From: a virus
UHGV virus genome: UHGV-0150234
Strand: one strand, 5' to 3'
DNA: 39,552 nucleotides
Under the pieces are notes generated by a model. The model did no database searches. It was not told where the DNA came from and saw only the letters and a program-made list of their open reading frames with translations. Of the stretch, positions 29,567-39,552 are shown piece after piece (the first letter of the stretch is position 1; each line of letters begins with the position of its first letter). Both the position numbers and the translations under genes were made by a program.

Positions 29567-29962
29567 ATGACGAAAGATGAACTGATTGCCCGTCTCCGGT
29601 CGCTGGGTGAGCAACTGAACCGTGATGTCAGCCTGACGGGGACGAAAGAAGAACTGGCGCTCCGTGTGGCAGAGCTGGAAGAGGAGCTTGATGACACGGA
29701 TGACGCAGCCGGTCAGGACTCGTCTGTCAGCCCGGAAAATGCGCTGACCGGACATGAAAATGAGGTGGTATCAGCACAGACGGATACCGTGACTGATACG
29801 GCTGCTCTGGTCACGGTTGTGGCACTGGTGACGCTGCATACCGATGCACTTCACGCCACGCGGGATGAACCTGTGGCATTTGTGCTGCCGGGAACGGCGT
29901 TTCGTGTCTCTGCCGGTGTGGCAGCCGAAATGACAGAGCGCGGCCTGGCCAGAATGCAATAA
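29567..29962 (+). CDS. FI: DNA packaging / head assembly protein FI, 131 aa
   Basis: Lambda gpFI-like (MTKDELIARLRSLGEQ...); GGAGG ribosome-binding site. Confidence 0.85.
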   Translation: MTKDELIARLRSLGEQLNRDVSLTGTKEELALRVAELEEELDDTDDAAGQDSSVSPENALTGHENEVVSAQTDTVTDTAALVTVVALVTLHTDALHATRDEPVAFVLPGTAFRVSAGVAAEMTERGLARMQ

Positions 29963-29973
29963 CGGGAGGCGCT

Positions 29974-30327
29974 GTGGCTGATTTCGATAACCTGTTCGAT
30001 GCTGCCATTGCCCGCGCCGATGAAACGATACGCGGGTACATGGGAACGTCAGCCACCATGACATCCGGTGAGCAGTCCGGTGCTGTGATACGTGGTGTTT
30101 TTGATGACCCTGAAAATATCAGCTATGCCGGACAGGGCGTGCGCGTTGAAGGCTCCAGCCCGTCCCTGTTTGTCCGGACTGATGATGTGCGGCAGCTGCG
30201 GCGCGGCGACACGCTGACCATCGGTGAGGAAAACTTCTGGATAGACCGGATTTCGCCGGATGATGGCGGAAGCTGTCATCTCTGGCTTGGGCGTGGCGTG
30301 CCGCCTGCCGTTAACCGTCGTCGCTGA
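29974..30327 (+). CDS. FII: Head-tail connector protein FII, 117 aa
   Basis: Lambda gpFII-like, same length; GTG start. Confidence 0.85.
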   Translation: MADFDNLFDAAIARADETIRGYMGTSATMTSGEQSGAVIRGVFDDPENISYAGQGVRVEGSSPSLFVRTDDVRQLRRGDTLTIGEENFWIDRISPDDGGSCHLWLGRGVPPAVNRRR

Positions 30328-30338
30328 AAGGGGGATGT

Positions 30339-30917
30339 ATGGCCATAAAAGGTCTTGAGCAGGCCGTTGAAAACCTCAGCCGTATCAGCAAAACGGCGGT
30401 GCCTGGTGCGTCAGCAATGGCCATTAACCGCGTTGCTTCATCCGCGATATCGCAGTCGGCGGCACAGGTTGCCCGTGAGACAAAGGTACGCCGGAAACTG
30501 GTAAAGGAAAGGGCCAGGCTGAAAAGGGCCACGGTCAAAAATCCGCAGGCCAGAATCAAGGTTAACCGGGGGGATTTGCCCGTAATCAAGCTGGGGAATG
30601 CGCGGGTTGTCCTGTCCCGCCGCAGGCGTCGTAAAAAGGGGCAGCGTTCATCCCTGAAAGGTGGCGGCAGCGTGCTTGTGGTGGGAAACCGTCGTATTCC
30701 CGGCGCGTTTATTCAGCAACTGAAAAATGGCCGGTGGCATGTCATGCAGCGTGTGGCCGGGAAAAACCGTTACCCCATTGATGTGGTGAAAATCCCGATG
30801 GCGGTGCCGCTGACCACGGCGTTTAAACAGAATATTGAGCAGATACGGCGTGAACGTCTTCCGAAAGAGCTGGGCTATGCGCTGCAGCATCAACTGAGGA
30901 TGGTAATAAAGCGATGA
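30339..30917 (+). CDS. Z: Tail completion protein Z, 192 aa
   Basis: Lambda gpZ-like, same length. Confidence 0.9.
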   Translation: MAIKGLEQAVENLSRISKTAVPGASAMAINRVASSAISQSAAQVARETKVRRKLVKERARLKRATVKNPQARIKVNRGDLPVIKLGNARVVLSRRRRRKKGQRSSLKGGGSVLVVGNRRIPGAFIQQLKNGRWHVMQRVAGKNRYPIDVVKIPMAVPLTTAFKQNIEQIRRERLPKELGYALQHQLRMVIKR

Positions 30918-31309
30918 AACATACTGAACTCCGTGCAGCCGTACTGGATGCACTGGAGAAGCATGACACCGGGGCGACGTTTTTTGATGGTCGCCCCGCT
31001 GTTTTTGATGAGGCGGATTTTCCGGCAGTTGCCGTTTATCTCACCGGCGCTGAATACACGGGCGAAGAGCTGGACAGCGATACCTGGCAGGCGGAGCTGC
31101 ATATTGAAGTTTTCCTGCCTGCTCAGGTGCCGGATTCAGAGCTGGATGCGTGGATGGAGTCCCGGATTTATCCGGTGATGAGCGATATCCCGGCACTGTC
31201 AGATTTGATCACCAGTATGGTGGCCAGTGGCTATGACTACCGGCGCGACGATGATGCGGGCCTGTGGAGTTCAGCCGATCTGACTTATGTCATTACCTAT
31301 GAAATGTGA
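30914..31309 (+). CDS. U: Tail terminator protein U, 131 aa
   Basis: Lambda gpU-like, same length. Confidence 0.9.
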   Translation: MKHTELRAAVLDALEKHDTGATFFDGRPAVFDEADFPAVAVYLTGAEYTGEELDSDTWQAELHIEVFLPAQVPDSELDAWMESRIYPVMSDIPALSDLITSMVASGYDYRRDDDAGLWSSADLTYVITYEM

Positions 31310-31316
31310 GGACGAT

Positions 31317-32057
31317 ATGCCAACACCAAATCCTCTGGCACCGGTGAAAGGGGCCGGAACCACCCTGTGGGTTTATAAGGGGAACGGTGACCCTTATGCG
31401 AACCCGCTTTCAGACGTTGACTGGTCGCGTCTGGCTAAAGTTAAAGACCTGACGCCCGGCGAACTGACCGCTGAGTCCTATGACGACAGCTATCTCGATG
31501 ATGAAGATGCAGACTGGACCGCGACCGGGCAGGGGCAGAAATCTGCCGGAGATACCAGCTTCACGCTGGCGTGGATGCCCGGAGAGCAGGGGCAGCAGGC
31601 GCTGCTGGCGTGGTTTAATGAAGGTGATACCCGTGCCTATAAAATCCGCTTCCCGAACGGCACGGTCGATGTGTTCCGCGGCTGGGTCAGCAGCATCGGT
31701 AAGGCGGTGACAGCGAAGGAAGTGATCACCCGCACGGTGAAAGTCACCAACGTGGGACGTCCGTCGATGGCAGAAGATCGCAGCACGGTAACAGCGGCAA
31801 CCGGTATGACCGTGACGCCTGCCAGCACCTCGGTGGTGAAAGGGCAGAGCACGACGCTGACCGTGGCATTCCAGCCGGAGGGCGCAACCGACAAGAGCTT
31901 CCGTGCGGTGTCTGCGGATAAAACAAAAGCCACCGTGTCGGTCAGTGGTATGACCATCACCGTGAAAGGTGTTGCTGCAGGCAAGGTCAACATTCCGGTT
32001 GTATCCGGTAATGGTGAGTTTGCTGCGGTTGCAGAAATCAACGTCACCGACAGCTAA
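31317..32057 (+). CDS. V: Major tail tube protein V, 246 aa
   Basis: Lambda gpV-like, same gene length (741 nt). Confidence 0.92.
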   Translation: MPTPNPLAPVKGAGTTLWVYKGNGDPYANPLSDVDWSRLAKVKDLTPGELTAESYDDSYLDDEDADWTATGQGQKSAGDTSFTLAWMPGEQGQQALLAWFNEGDTRAYKIRFPNGTVDVFRGWVSSIGKAVTAKEVITRTVKVTNVGRPSMAEDRSTVTAATGMTVTPASTSVVKGQSTTLTVAFQPEGATDKSFRAVSADKTKATVSVSGMTITVKGVAAGKVNIPVVSGNGEFAAVAEINVTDS

Positions 32058-32072
32058 TCCGGAGAGTCAGCG

Positions 32073-32495
32073 ATGTTCCTGAAAACCGAATCATTTGAAC
32101 ATAACGGCGTGACCGTCACGCTTTCTGAACTGTCAGCCCTGCAGCGTATTGAGCATCTTTTTCTGATGAAACGGCAGGCAGAACAGGCGGACTCCGACAG
32201 CAACCAACAGGTTGCTTTGGCAGACCTTATCAGAACCGGTGCTTTTGTGGTGGCGATGTCCCTGTGGCATAACCATCCGAAGAAGACGCAGATGCCGTCC
32301 ATGAATGAAGCCGTTAAACAGATTGAGCAGGAAGTGCTTACCACCTGGCCCGCGGAGGCAATTTCTCATGCTGAAAACGTGGTGTACCGGCTGTCCGGAA
32401 TGTATGAGTTTGTGGTGAATGATGCCCCTGAACAGACAGAGGACGCCGGGCCTGCAGAGCCTGTTTCTGCGGGAAAGTGTTCGACGGTGAGCTGA
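32073..32495 (+). CDS. G: Tail assembly chaperone G, 140 aa
   Basis: Lambda gpG-like, same length. Confidence 0.9.
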   Translation: MFLKTESFEHNGVTVTLSELSALQRIEHLFLMKRQAEQADSDSNQQVALADLIRTGAFVVAMSLWHNHPKKTQMPSMNEAVKQIEQEVLTTWPAEAISHAENVVYRLSGMYEFVVNDAPEQTEDAGPAEPVSAGKCSTVS

Positions 32496-32911
32496 GTTTT
32501 GCCCTGAAACTGGCGCGAGAGATGGGGCGACCCGACTGGCGCGCCATGCTTGCCGGGATGTCATCCACGGAGTACGCCGACTGGCACCGCTTTTACAGTA
32601 CCCATTATTTTCATGATGTTCTGCTGGATATGCACTTTTCCGGGCTGACGTACACCGTACTCAGCCTGTTTTTCAGCGATCCGGATATGCATCCGCTGGA
32701 TTTCAGTCTGCTGAACCGGCGCGAGGCTGACGAAGAGCCTGAAGATGATGTGCTGATGCAGAAAGCGGCAGGGCTTGCCGGAGGCGTCCGCTTTGGTCCG
32801 GACGGGAATGAAGTTATCTCCGCTTCCCCGGATGTGGCTGAAATGACGGAGGATGACGTAATGCTGATGACAGTATCAGAAGGGATCGCAGGAGGAGTCC
32901 GGTATGGCTGA
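32073..32911 (+). CDS. GT: Tail assembly chaperone G-T fusion produced by -1 frameshift at 32471-32477
   Basis: G ORF plus -1-frame T ORF (32477-32911), the conserved lambda arrangement. Confidence 0.8.
32471..32477 (+). promoter_or_regulatory. Programmed -1 ribosomal frameshift slippery heptamer G GGA AAG (G to T frame)
   Basis: GGGAAAG lies in the G frame as G_GGA_AAG 16 nt before the G stop; the -1 frame continues open as the T ORF. Confidence 0.8.
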
Positions 32912-35465
32912 ACCGGTAGGCGATCTGGTCGTTGATTTGAGTCTGGATGCGGCCAGATTTGACGAGCAGATGGCCAGAGTCAGGCGTCATTTTTCCGGTA
33001 CGGAAAGTGATGCGAAAAAAACAGCGGCAGTCGTTGAACAGTCGCTGAGCCGACAGGCGCTGGCTGCACAGAAAGCGGGGATTTCCGTCGGGCAGTATAA
33101 AGCCGCCATGCGTATGCTGCCTGCACAGTTCACCGACGTGGCCACGCAGCTTGCAGGCGGGCAAAGTCCGTGGCTGATCCTGCTGCAACAGGGTGGTCAG
33201 GTTAAGGACTCCTTCGGCGGGATGATCCCCATGTTCAGGGGGCTTGCCGGTGCGATCACCCTGCCGATGGTGGGGGCCACCTCGCTGGCGGTGGCGACCG
33301 GTGCGCTGGCGTATGCCTGGTATCAGGGCAACTCAACCCTGTCCGATTTCAACAAAACGCTGGTCCTTTCCGGCAATCAGGCGGGACTGACGGCAGATCG
33401 CATGCTGGTCCTGTCCAGAGCCGGGCAGGCGGCAGGGCTGACGTTTAACCAGACCAGCGAGTCACTCAGCGCACTGGTTAAGGCGGGGGTAAGCGGTGAG
33501 GCTCAGATTGCGTCCATCAGCCAGAGTGTGGCGCGTTTCTCCTCTGCATCCGGCGTGGAGGTGGACAAGGTCGCTGAAGCCTTCGGGAAGCTGACCACAG
33601 ACCCGACGTCGGGGCTGACGGCGATGGCACGCCAGTTCCATAACGTGACGGCGGAGCAGATTGCGTATGTTGCTCAGTTGCAGCGTTCCGGCGATGAAGC
33701 CGGGGCATTGCAGGCGGCGAACGAGGCCGCAACGAAAGGGTTTGATGACCAGACCCGCCGCCTGAAAGAGAACATGGGCACGCTGGAGACCTGGGCAGAC
33801 AGGACAGCACGGGCATTCAAATCCATGTGGGATGCGGTGCTGGATATTGGTCGTCCTGATACCGCTCAGGAGATGCTGATTAAGGCAGAGGCTGCGTTTA
33901 AGAAAGCAGACGACATCTGGAATCTGCGCAAGGATGATTATTTTGTTAACGATGAAGCGCGGGCGCGTTACTGGGATGATCGTGAAAAGGCCCGTCTTGC
34001 GCTTGAAGCCGCCCGAAAGAAGGCTGAGCAGCAGAGTCAACAGGACAAAAATGCGCAGCAGCAGAGCGATACCGAAGCGTCACGGCTGAAATATACCGAA
34101 GAGGCGCAGAAGGCTTACGAACGCCTGCAAACGCCGCTGGAGAAATATACCGCCCGTCAGGAAGAACTGAATAAGGCACTGAAAGACGGGAAAATCCTGC
34201 AGGCAGATTACAACACGCTGATGGCGGCAGCGAAAAAGGATTATGAAGCTACGCTGAAAAAGCCGAAGCAGTCCGGCGTGAAGGTGTCTGCGGGCGATCG
34301 TCAGGAAGACAGTGCTCATGCTGCCCTGCTGACGCTTCAGGCAGAACTCCGGACGCTGGAGAAGCATGCCGGAGCGAATGAGAAAATCAGCCAGCAGCGC
34401 CGGGATTTGTGGAAGGCGGAGAATCAGTTCGCGGTACTGGAGGAGGCGGCGCAACGTCGCCAGCTGTCTGCACAGGAGAAATCCCTGCTGGCGCATAAAG
34501 ACGAGACGCTGGAGTACAAGCGCCAGCTGGCTGCACTTGGCGATAAGGTCACGTATCAGGAGCACCTGAATGCGCTGGCGCAGCAGGCGGATAAATTCGC
34601 ACAGCAGCAACGGGCAAAACGGGCCGCCATTGATGCGAAAAGCCGGGGGCTGACTGACCGGCAGGCAGCGCGGGAAGCCACGGAACAGCGTCTGAAGGAA
34701 CAGTATGGCGATAATCCGCTGGCGCTGAATAACGTCATGTCAGAGCAGAAAAAGACCTGGGCGGCTGAAGACCAGCTTCGCGGGAGCTGGATGGCAGGCC
34801 TGAAGTCCGGCTGGAGTGAGTGGGAAGAGAGCGCCACGGACAGTATGTCGCAGGTTAAAAGTGCTGCCACGCAGACCTTTGATGGTATTGCACAGAATAT
34901 GGCGGCGATGCTGACCGGCAGTGAACAGAACTGGCGCAGCTTCACCCGTTCCGTGCTGTCCATGATGACAGAAATTCTGCTTAAGCAGGCAATGGTGGGG
35001 ATTGTCGGGAGTATCGGCAGCGCCATTGGCGGTGCTGCCAGTGGTGGAGCATCAGCGTCAGGTGGTACAGCCATTCAGGCCGCTGCGGCGAAATTCCATT
35101 TTGCGACCGGGGGATTTACGGGAACCGGCGGCAAATATGAGCCAGCGGGGATTGTTCACCGTGGTGAGTTTGTCTTCACGAAGGAGGCAACCAGCCGGAT
35201 TGGCGTGGGGAATCTCTACCGGCTGATGCGCGGCTATGCCACCGGCGGTTATGTCGGTACACCGGGCAGCATGGCAGACAGCCGGTCGCAGGCGTCCGGG
35301 ACGTTTGAGCAGAATAACCATGTGGTGATTAACAACGACGGCACGAACGGTCAGATAGGGCCACAGGCACTGAAGGCTGTTTATGACGTAGCCCGTAAGG
35401 CGGCAATGGATGTTGTGACCGGGCAGATGCGCGATGGTGGTCTGTTCTCCGGAGGTGGACGATGA
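32904..35465 (+). CDS. H: Tail tape measure protein H, 853 aa
   Basis: Lambda gpH-like, same length. Confidence 0.95.
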   Translation: MAEPVGDLVVDLSLDAARFDEQMARVRRHFSGTESDAKKTAAVVEQSLSRQALAAQKAGISVGQYKAAMRMLPAQFTDVATQLAGGQSPWLILLQQGGQVKDSFGGMIPMFRGLAGAITLPMVGATSLAVATGALAYAWYQGNSTLSDFNKTLVLSGNQAGLTADRMLVLSRAGQAAGLTFNQTSESLSALVKAGVSGEAQIASISQSVARFSSASGVEVDKVAEAFGKLTTDPTSGLTAMARQFHNVTAEQIAYVAQLQRSGDEAGALQAANEAATKGFDDQTRRLKENMGTLETWADRTARAFKSMWDAVLDIGRPDTAQEMLIKAEAAFKKADDIWNLRKDDYFVNDEARARYWDDREKARLALEAARKKAEQQSQQDKNAQQQSDTEASRLKYTEEAQKAYERLQTPLEKYTARQEELNKALKDGKILQADYNTLMAAAKKDYEATLKKPKQSGVKVSAGDRQEDSAHAALLTLQAELRTLEKHAGANEKISQQRRDLWKAENQFAVLEEAAQRRQLSAQEKSLLAHKDETLEYKRQLAALGDKVTYQEHLNALAQQADKFAQQQRAKRAAIDAKSRGLTDRQAAREATEQRLKEQYGDNPLALNNVMSEQKKTWAAEDQLRGSWMAGLKSGWSEWEESATDSMSQVKSAATQTFDGIAQNMAAMLTGSEQNWRSFTRSVLSMMTEILLKQAMVGIVGSIGSAIGGAASGGASASGGTAIQAAAAKFHFATGGFTGTGGKYEPAGIVHRGEFVFTKEATSRIGVGNLYRLMRGYATGGYVGTPGSMADSRSQASGTFEQNNHVVINNDGTNGQIGPQALKAVYDVARKAAMDVVTGQMRDGGLFSGGGR

Positions 35466-35791
35466 AAACCTTCCGCTGGAAAGTGAAACCCGGTATGGAT
35501 GTGGCTTCGGCCCCTTCCGTAAGAAAGGTGCGCTTTGGTGATGGCTATTCCCAGCGAGCGCCTGCCGGGCTGAACGCTGACCTGAAAACGTACAGCGTGA
35601 CGCTTTCTGTTCCCCGTTGGGAGGCCACAGCGCTGGAGTCGTTTCTGGCTGAGCACGGGGGCTGGAAAGCCTTTCTGTGGACGCCGCCTTATGAGTGGCG
35701 GCAGATAAAGGTGACCTGCGCAAAATGGTCGTCGCGGGTCAGTATGCTGCGTGTTGAGTTCAGCGCAGAGTTTGAACAGGTGGTGAACTGA
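35462..35791 (+). CDS. M: Tail tip protein M, 109 aa
   Basis: Lambda gpM-like, same length. Confidence 0.9.
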   Translation: MKTFRWKVKPGMDVASAPSVRKVRFGDGYSQRAPAGLNADLKTYSVTLSVPRWEATALESFLAEHGGWKAFLWTPPYEWRQIKVTCAKWSSRVSMLRVEFSAEFEQVVN

Positions 35792-36489
35792 TGCAGGATA
35801 TCCAACAGGAAACACTGAATGAATGCACCCGTGCGGAGCAGTCGGCCAGCGTGGTGCTCTGGGAAATCGATCTGACAGAGGTCGGTGGAGAACGTTATTT
35901 TTTCTGTAATGAGCAGAACGAAAAAGGTGAGCCGGTCACCTGGCAGGGGCGACAGTATCAGGCGTATCCCATTCAGGGGAGCGGTTTTGAACTGAATGGC
36001 AAAGGCACCAGTACGCGCCCCACGCTGACGGTTTCTAACCTGTACGGTATGGTCACCGGGATGGTGGAAGATCTGCAGAGTCTGGTCGGCGGAACGGTGG
36101 TCAGGCGTAAGGTTTACGCCCGTTTTCTGGATGCGGTGAATTTCGTCAACGGAAACAGTGATGCCGATCCGGAGCAGGAGGTGATCAGCCGCTGGCGCGT
36201 CGAGCAGTGCAGCGAACTGAGCGCGGTCAGTGCCTCCTTTGTGTTGTCCACGCCGACGGAAACGGATGGTGCTGTTTTTCCGGGGCGCATCATGCTGGCC
36301 AACACCTGCACCTGGACCTATCGCGGTGATGAGTGCGGTTATAGCGGTCCGGCGGTCGCGGATGAATATGACCAGCCGACGTCCGATATCACGAAGGATA
36401 AATGCAGCAAATGCCTGAGTGGCTGTAAGTTCCGCAATAACGTCGGCAACTTTGGCGGCTTCCTTTCCATTAACAAACTTTCGCAGTAA
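35791..36489 (+). CDS. L: Tail tip protein L, 232 aa
   Basis: Lambda gpL-like, same length. Confidence 0.9.
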   Translation: MQDIQQETLNECTRAEQSASVVLWEIDLTEVGGERYFFCNEQNEKGEPVTWQGRQYQAYPIQGSGFELNGKGTSTRPTLTVSNLYGMVTGMVEDLQSLVGGTVVRRKVYARFLDAVNFVNGNSDADPEQEVISRWRVEQCSELSAVSASFVLSTPTETDGAVFPGRIMLANTCTWTYRGDECGYSGPAVADEYDQPTSDITKDKCSKCLSGCKFRNNVGNFGGFLSINKLSQ

Positions 36490-36637
36490 TCCCATGACAG
36501 AGACAGAATCAGCGATTCTGGCGCACGCCCGGCGATGTGCGCCAGCGGAGTCGTGCGGCTTCGTGGTGAGAACGCCGGAGGGGGAAAGATATTTTCCCTG
36601 CGTGAATATCTCCGGTGAGCCGGAGGATTATTTCCGG

Positions 36638-37237
36638 ATGTCGCCGGAGGACTGGCTGCAGGCAGAAATGCAGGGTGAGATTGTGGCGCTGGTCCACAGT
36701 CATCCCGGTGGTCTGCCCTGGCTGAGTGAGGCCGACCGGCGGCTGCAGGTGCAGAGTGATTTGCCGTGGTGGCTGGTCTGCCGGGGGGCGATTCATAAGT
36801 TCCGCTGTGTGCCGCATCTCACCGGGCGGCGCTTTGAGCACGGGGTGACGGACTGTTACACGCTGTTCCGGGACGCTTACCATCTGGCGGGGATTGAGAT
36901 GCCGGACTTTTATCGTGAGGATGACTGGTGGCGTAACGGCCAGAATCTCTATCTTGATAATCTGGAGGCCACAGGGCTGTATCAGGTGCCGTTGTCAGCG
37001 GCGCAGCCGGGCGATGTGCTGCTGTGCTGCTTTGGTTCATCGGTGCCGAATCATGCCGCCATTTACTGTGGTGACGGCGAGCTGCTGCACCATATTCCTG
37101 AACAACTGAGCAAACGAGAGAGGTACACCGACAAATGGCAGCGACGCACACACTCCCTCTGGCGTCACCGGGCATGGCACGCATCTGCCTTTACGGGGAT
37201 TTACAACGATTTGGCCGCCGCATCGATCTTCGTGTGA
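36638..37237 (+). CDS. K: Tail tip assembly protein K (MPN/JAMM plus NlpC/P60-like), 199 aa by lambda-equivalent start; in-frame ORF continues upstream to ATG 36494
   Basis: Lambda gpK-like with HSHPGG JAMM-type motif; the 103-nt overlap with I matches lambda. The upstream in-frame 48 codons may also be coding. Confidence 0.8.
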   Translation: MSPEDWLQAEMQGEIVALVHSHPGGLPWLSEADRRLQVQSDLPWWLVCRGAIHKFRCVPHLTGRRFEHGVTDCYTLFRDAYHLAGIEMPDFYREDDWWRNGQNLYLDNLEATGLYQVPLSAAQPGDVLLCCFGSSVPNHAAIYCGDGELLHHIPEQLSKRERYTDKWQRRTHSLWRHRAWHASAFTGIYNDLAAASIFV

Positions 37238-37806
37238 AAACAGGGGCTGAAGCCATCCGGGCGCTGGCCACGCAGCTCCCGGCGTTTCGTCAGAAACTGA
37301 GCGACGGCTGGTATCAGGTACGGATTGCCGGGCGGGATGTCAGCACGTCCGGATTAACGGCGCAGTTACATGAGGCTCTGCCTGATGGCGCTGTGATTCA
37401 TATTGTTCCCAGAGTCGCCGGGGCCAAGCCCGGAGGTGTATTCCAGATTGTCCTGGGAGCAGCCGCCATTGCCGGATCATTCTTTACCGCCGGAGCCACC
37501 CTTGCAGCATGGGGAGCAGCCATTGGGGCCGGTGGTATGACCGGCATCCTGTTTTCTCTCGGTGCCAGTATGGTGCTCGGTGGTGTGGCGCAGATGCTGG
37601 CACCGAAAGCCCGGACGCCCACAGCGACCAGCACGGATAACGGTAAGCAGAACACCTATTTCTCCTCACTGGATAACATGGTTGCCCAGGGCAATGTTCT
37701 GCCCGTTCTGTTCGGTGAAATGCGCGTGGGGTCACGTGTGGCATCTCAGGAAATCAGTACAGCTGATGAAGGTGATGGTGGTGAAATCGTGGTGATTGGT
37801 CGCTGA
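37135..37806 (+). CDS. I: Tail tip assembly protein I, 223 aa
   Basis: Lambda gpI-like, same length. Confidence 0.85.
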   Translation: MAATHTLPLASPGMARICLYGDLQRFGRRIDLRVKTGAEAIRALATQLPAFRQKLSDGWYQVRIAGRDVSTSGLTAQLHEALPDGAVIHIVPRVAGAKPGGVFQIVLGAAAIAGSFFTAGATLAAWGAAIGAGGMTGILFSLGASMVLGGVAQMLAPKARTPTATSTDNGKQNTYFSSLDNMVAQGNVLPVLFGEMRVGSRVASQEISTADEGDGGEIVVIGR

Positions 37807-37866
37807 TGGAACATGTTTTATGTGAAACCGCCTGCGGGCGGTTTTGTCGTTTATGGAGCATGAGGA

Positions 37867-39552
37867 ATGGGTAAAGGCAGCAGTAAGGGGCATACCCCGC
37901 GTGAAGCGAAGGACAACCTGAAATCCACGCAGTTGCTGAGTGTGATCGATGTCATCAGCGAAGGGCCGATTGAAGGTCCGGTGGATGGGTTAAAAAGCGT
38001 GTTGCTGAACAGTACGCCGGTGCTGGACAGTGAGGGGAATACCAATATCTCCGGTGTCACGGTGGTGTTCCGGGCAGGTGAGCAGGAGCAGACACCGCCG
38101 GAGGGGTTTGAATCCTCCGGCTCCGAGACGGTGCTGGGTACGGAAGTGAAATATGACACGCCGATCACCCGCACCATCACGTCGGCAAACATCGACCGTC
38201 TGCGCTTTACCTTCGGTGTGCAGGCACTGGTGGAAACCACCTCAAAAGGGGATCGGAATCCGTCGGAGGTCCGCCTGCTGGTTCAGATACAGCGTAATGG
38301 TGGCTGGGTGACGGAAAAAGACATCACCATTAAGGGTAAAACCACCTCGCAGTATCTGGCCTCAGTGGTGGTGGATAACCTGCCGCCGCGCCCGTTTAAT
38401 ATCCGGATGCGCAGGATGACGCCGGACAGCACCACAGACCAGCTGCAGAACAAAACGCTCTGGTCGTCATACACCGAAATCATCGATGTGAAACAGTGCT
38501 ACCCGAACACGGCACTGGTCGGTGTGCAGGTGGACTCGGAACAGTTCGGCAGCCAGCAGGTGAGCCGTAATTATCATCTTCGCGGGCGCATTCTGCAGGT
38601 GCCGTCGAACTATAACCCGCAGACGCGGCAATACAGCGGTATCTGGGACGGAACGTTTAAGCCAGCATACAGCAACAACATGGCCTGGTGTCTGTGGGAT
38701 ATGCTGACCCACCCGCGCTATGGCATGGGGAAACGTCTTGGTGCGGCGGATGTGGACAAATGGGCGCTGTATGTCATCGGCCAGTACTGCGACCAGTCAG
38801 TGCCGGACGGCTTTGGCGGCACGGAGCCGCGCATCACCTGTAATGCGTACCTGACCACACAGCGCAAGGCGTGGGATGTGCTCAGTGATTTCTGCTCGGC
38901 GATGCGCTGTATGCCGGTATGGAACGGGCAGACGCTGACATTCGTGCAGGACCGACCGTCGGATAAGGTGTGGACCTATAACCGCAGTAATGTGGTGATG
39001 CCGGATGATGGCGCGCCGTTCCGCTACAGCTTCAGCGCCCTGAAAGACCGCCATAATGCCGTTGAGGTGAACTGGATTGACCCGAACAACGGCTGGGAGA
39101 CGGCGACAGAGCTTGTGGAGGATACGCAGGCCATTGCCCGTTACGGTCGTAACGTCACGAAGATGGATGCTTTTGGCTGTACCAGCCGGGGGCAGGCACA
39201 CCGCGCCGGGCTGTGGCTGATTAAAACAGAACTGCTGGAAACGCAGACCGTGGACTTCAGCGTGGGCGCAGAAGGGCTTCGCCATGTGCCGGGCGATGTC
39301 ATTGAAATCTGTGATGATGACTATGCCGGTATCAGCACCGGCGGGCGCGTGCTGGCGGTAAACAGCCAGACCCGGACGCTGACGCTCGACCGTGAAATCA
39401 CGCTGCCATCCTCCGGCACCACGCTGATAAGCCTGGTTGACGGTGAGGGTAATCCGGTCAGCGTGGAGGTCCAGTCCGTCACCGACGGCGTGAAGGTAAA
39501 AGTGAGCCGTGTTCCTGACGGTGTTGCTGAATACAGCGTATGGGGGCTGAAG
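37867..39552 (+). CDS. J: Central tail fibre / host specificity protein J, N-terminal 562 codons (truncated by window end)
   Basis: Starts MGKGSSKGHTPREAKDNLKSTQLLSV... as lambda gpJ; the frame is open to the end of the window. Not in the ORF track because no stop is reached. Confidence 0.9.
   Translation, partial: MGKGSSKGHTPREAKDNLKSTQLLSVIDVISEGPIEGPVDGLKSVLLNSTPVLDSEGNTNISGVTVVFRAGEQEQTPPEGFESSGSETVLGTEVKYDTPITRTITSANIDRLRFTFGVQALVETTSKGDRNPSEVRLLVQIQRNGGWVTEKDITIKGKTTSQYLASVVVDNLPPRPFNIRMRRMTPDSTTDQLQNKTLWSSYTEIIDVKQCYPNTALVGVQVDSEQFGSQQVSRNYHLRGRILQVPSNYNPQTRQYSGIWDGTFKPAYSNNMAWCLWDMLTHPRYGMGKRLGAADVDKWALYVIGQYCDQSVPDGFGGTEPRITCNAYLTTQRKAWDVLSDFCSAMRCMPVWNGQTLTFVQDRPSDKVWTYNRSNVVMPDDGAPFRYSFSALKDRHNAVEVNWIDPNNGWETATELVEDTQAIARYGRNVTKMDAFGCTSRGQAHRAGLWLIKTELLETQTVDFSVGAEGLRHVPGDVIEICDDDYAGISTGGRVLAVNSQTRTLTLDREITLPSSGTTLISLVDGEGNPVSVEVQSVTDGVKVKVSRVPDGVAEYSVWGLK

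Overview
This window reads as a rotated copy of an N15-type linear phage-plasmid (about 39.5 kb), starting inside the telomere resolution palindrome and ending inside tail gene J. Left to right: telRL and protelomerase telN; a minus-strand antirepressor-type operon (Bro-N protein) preceded by two paralogous structured-RNA candidates; an AT-rich colicin M / immunity cassette (cma/cmi) with a consensus LexA box; the large primase-helicase repA with the CI-like repressor cB and a divergent cro; an early region of small genes including a DnaQ-like exonuclease, an Ead/Ea22-like protein, a HigB/HigA-like toxin-antitoxin pair and an orphan DNA methyltransferase; a phage-21-type lysis cassette (pinholin, SAR endolysin, Rz/Rz1); an AT-rich two-gene cargo island of unknown function flanked by repeats; then cos and a head-tail module collinear with phage lambda (Nu1 through J). 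Five copies of an F/N15 sopC-like palindrome are dispersed through the window. All protein assignments rest on recalled similarity and synteny, not on searches. The two most interesting items are the colicin M cassette on a phage-plasmid backbone and the uncharacterised two-gene island between the lysis genes and cos. No integrase, tRNA, CRISPR array or IS element was recognised.
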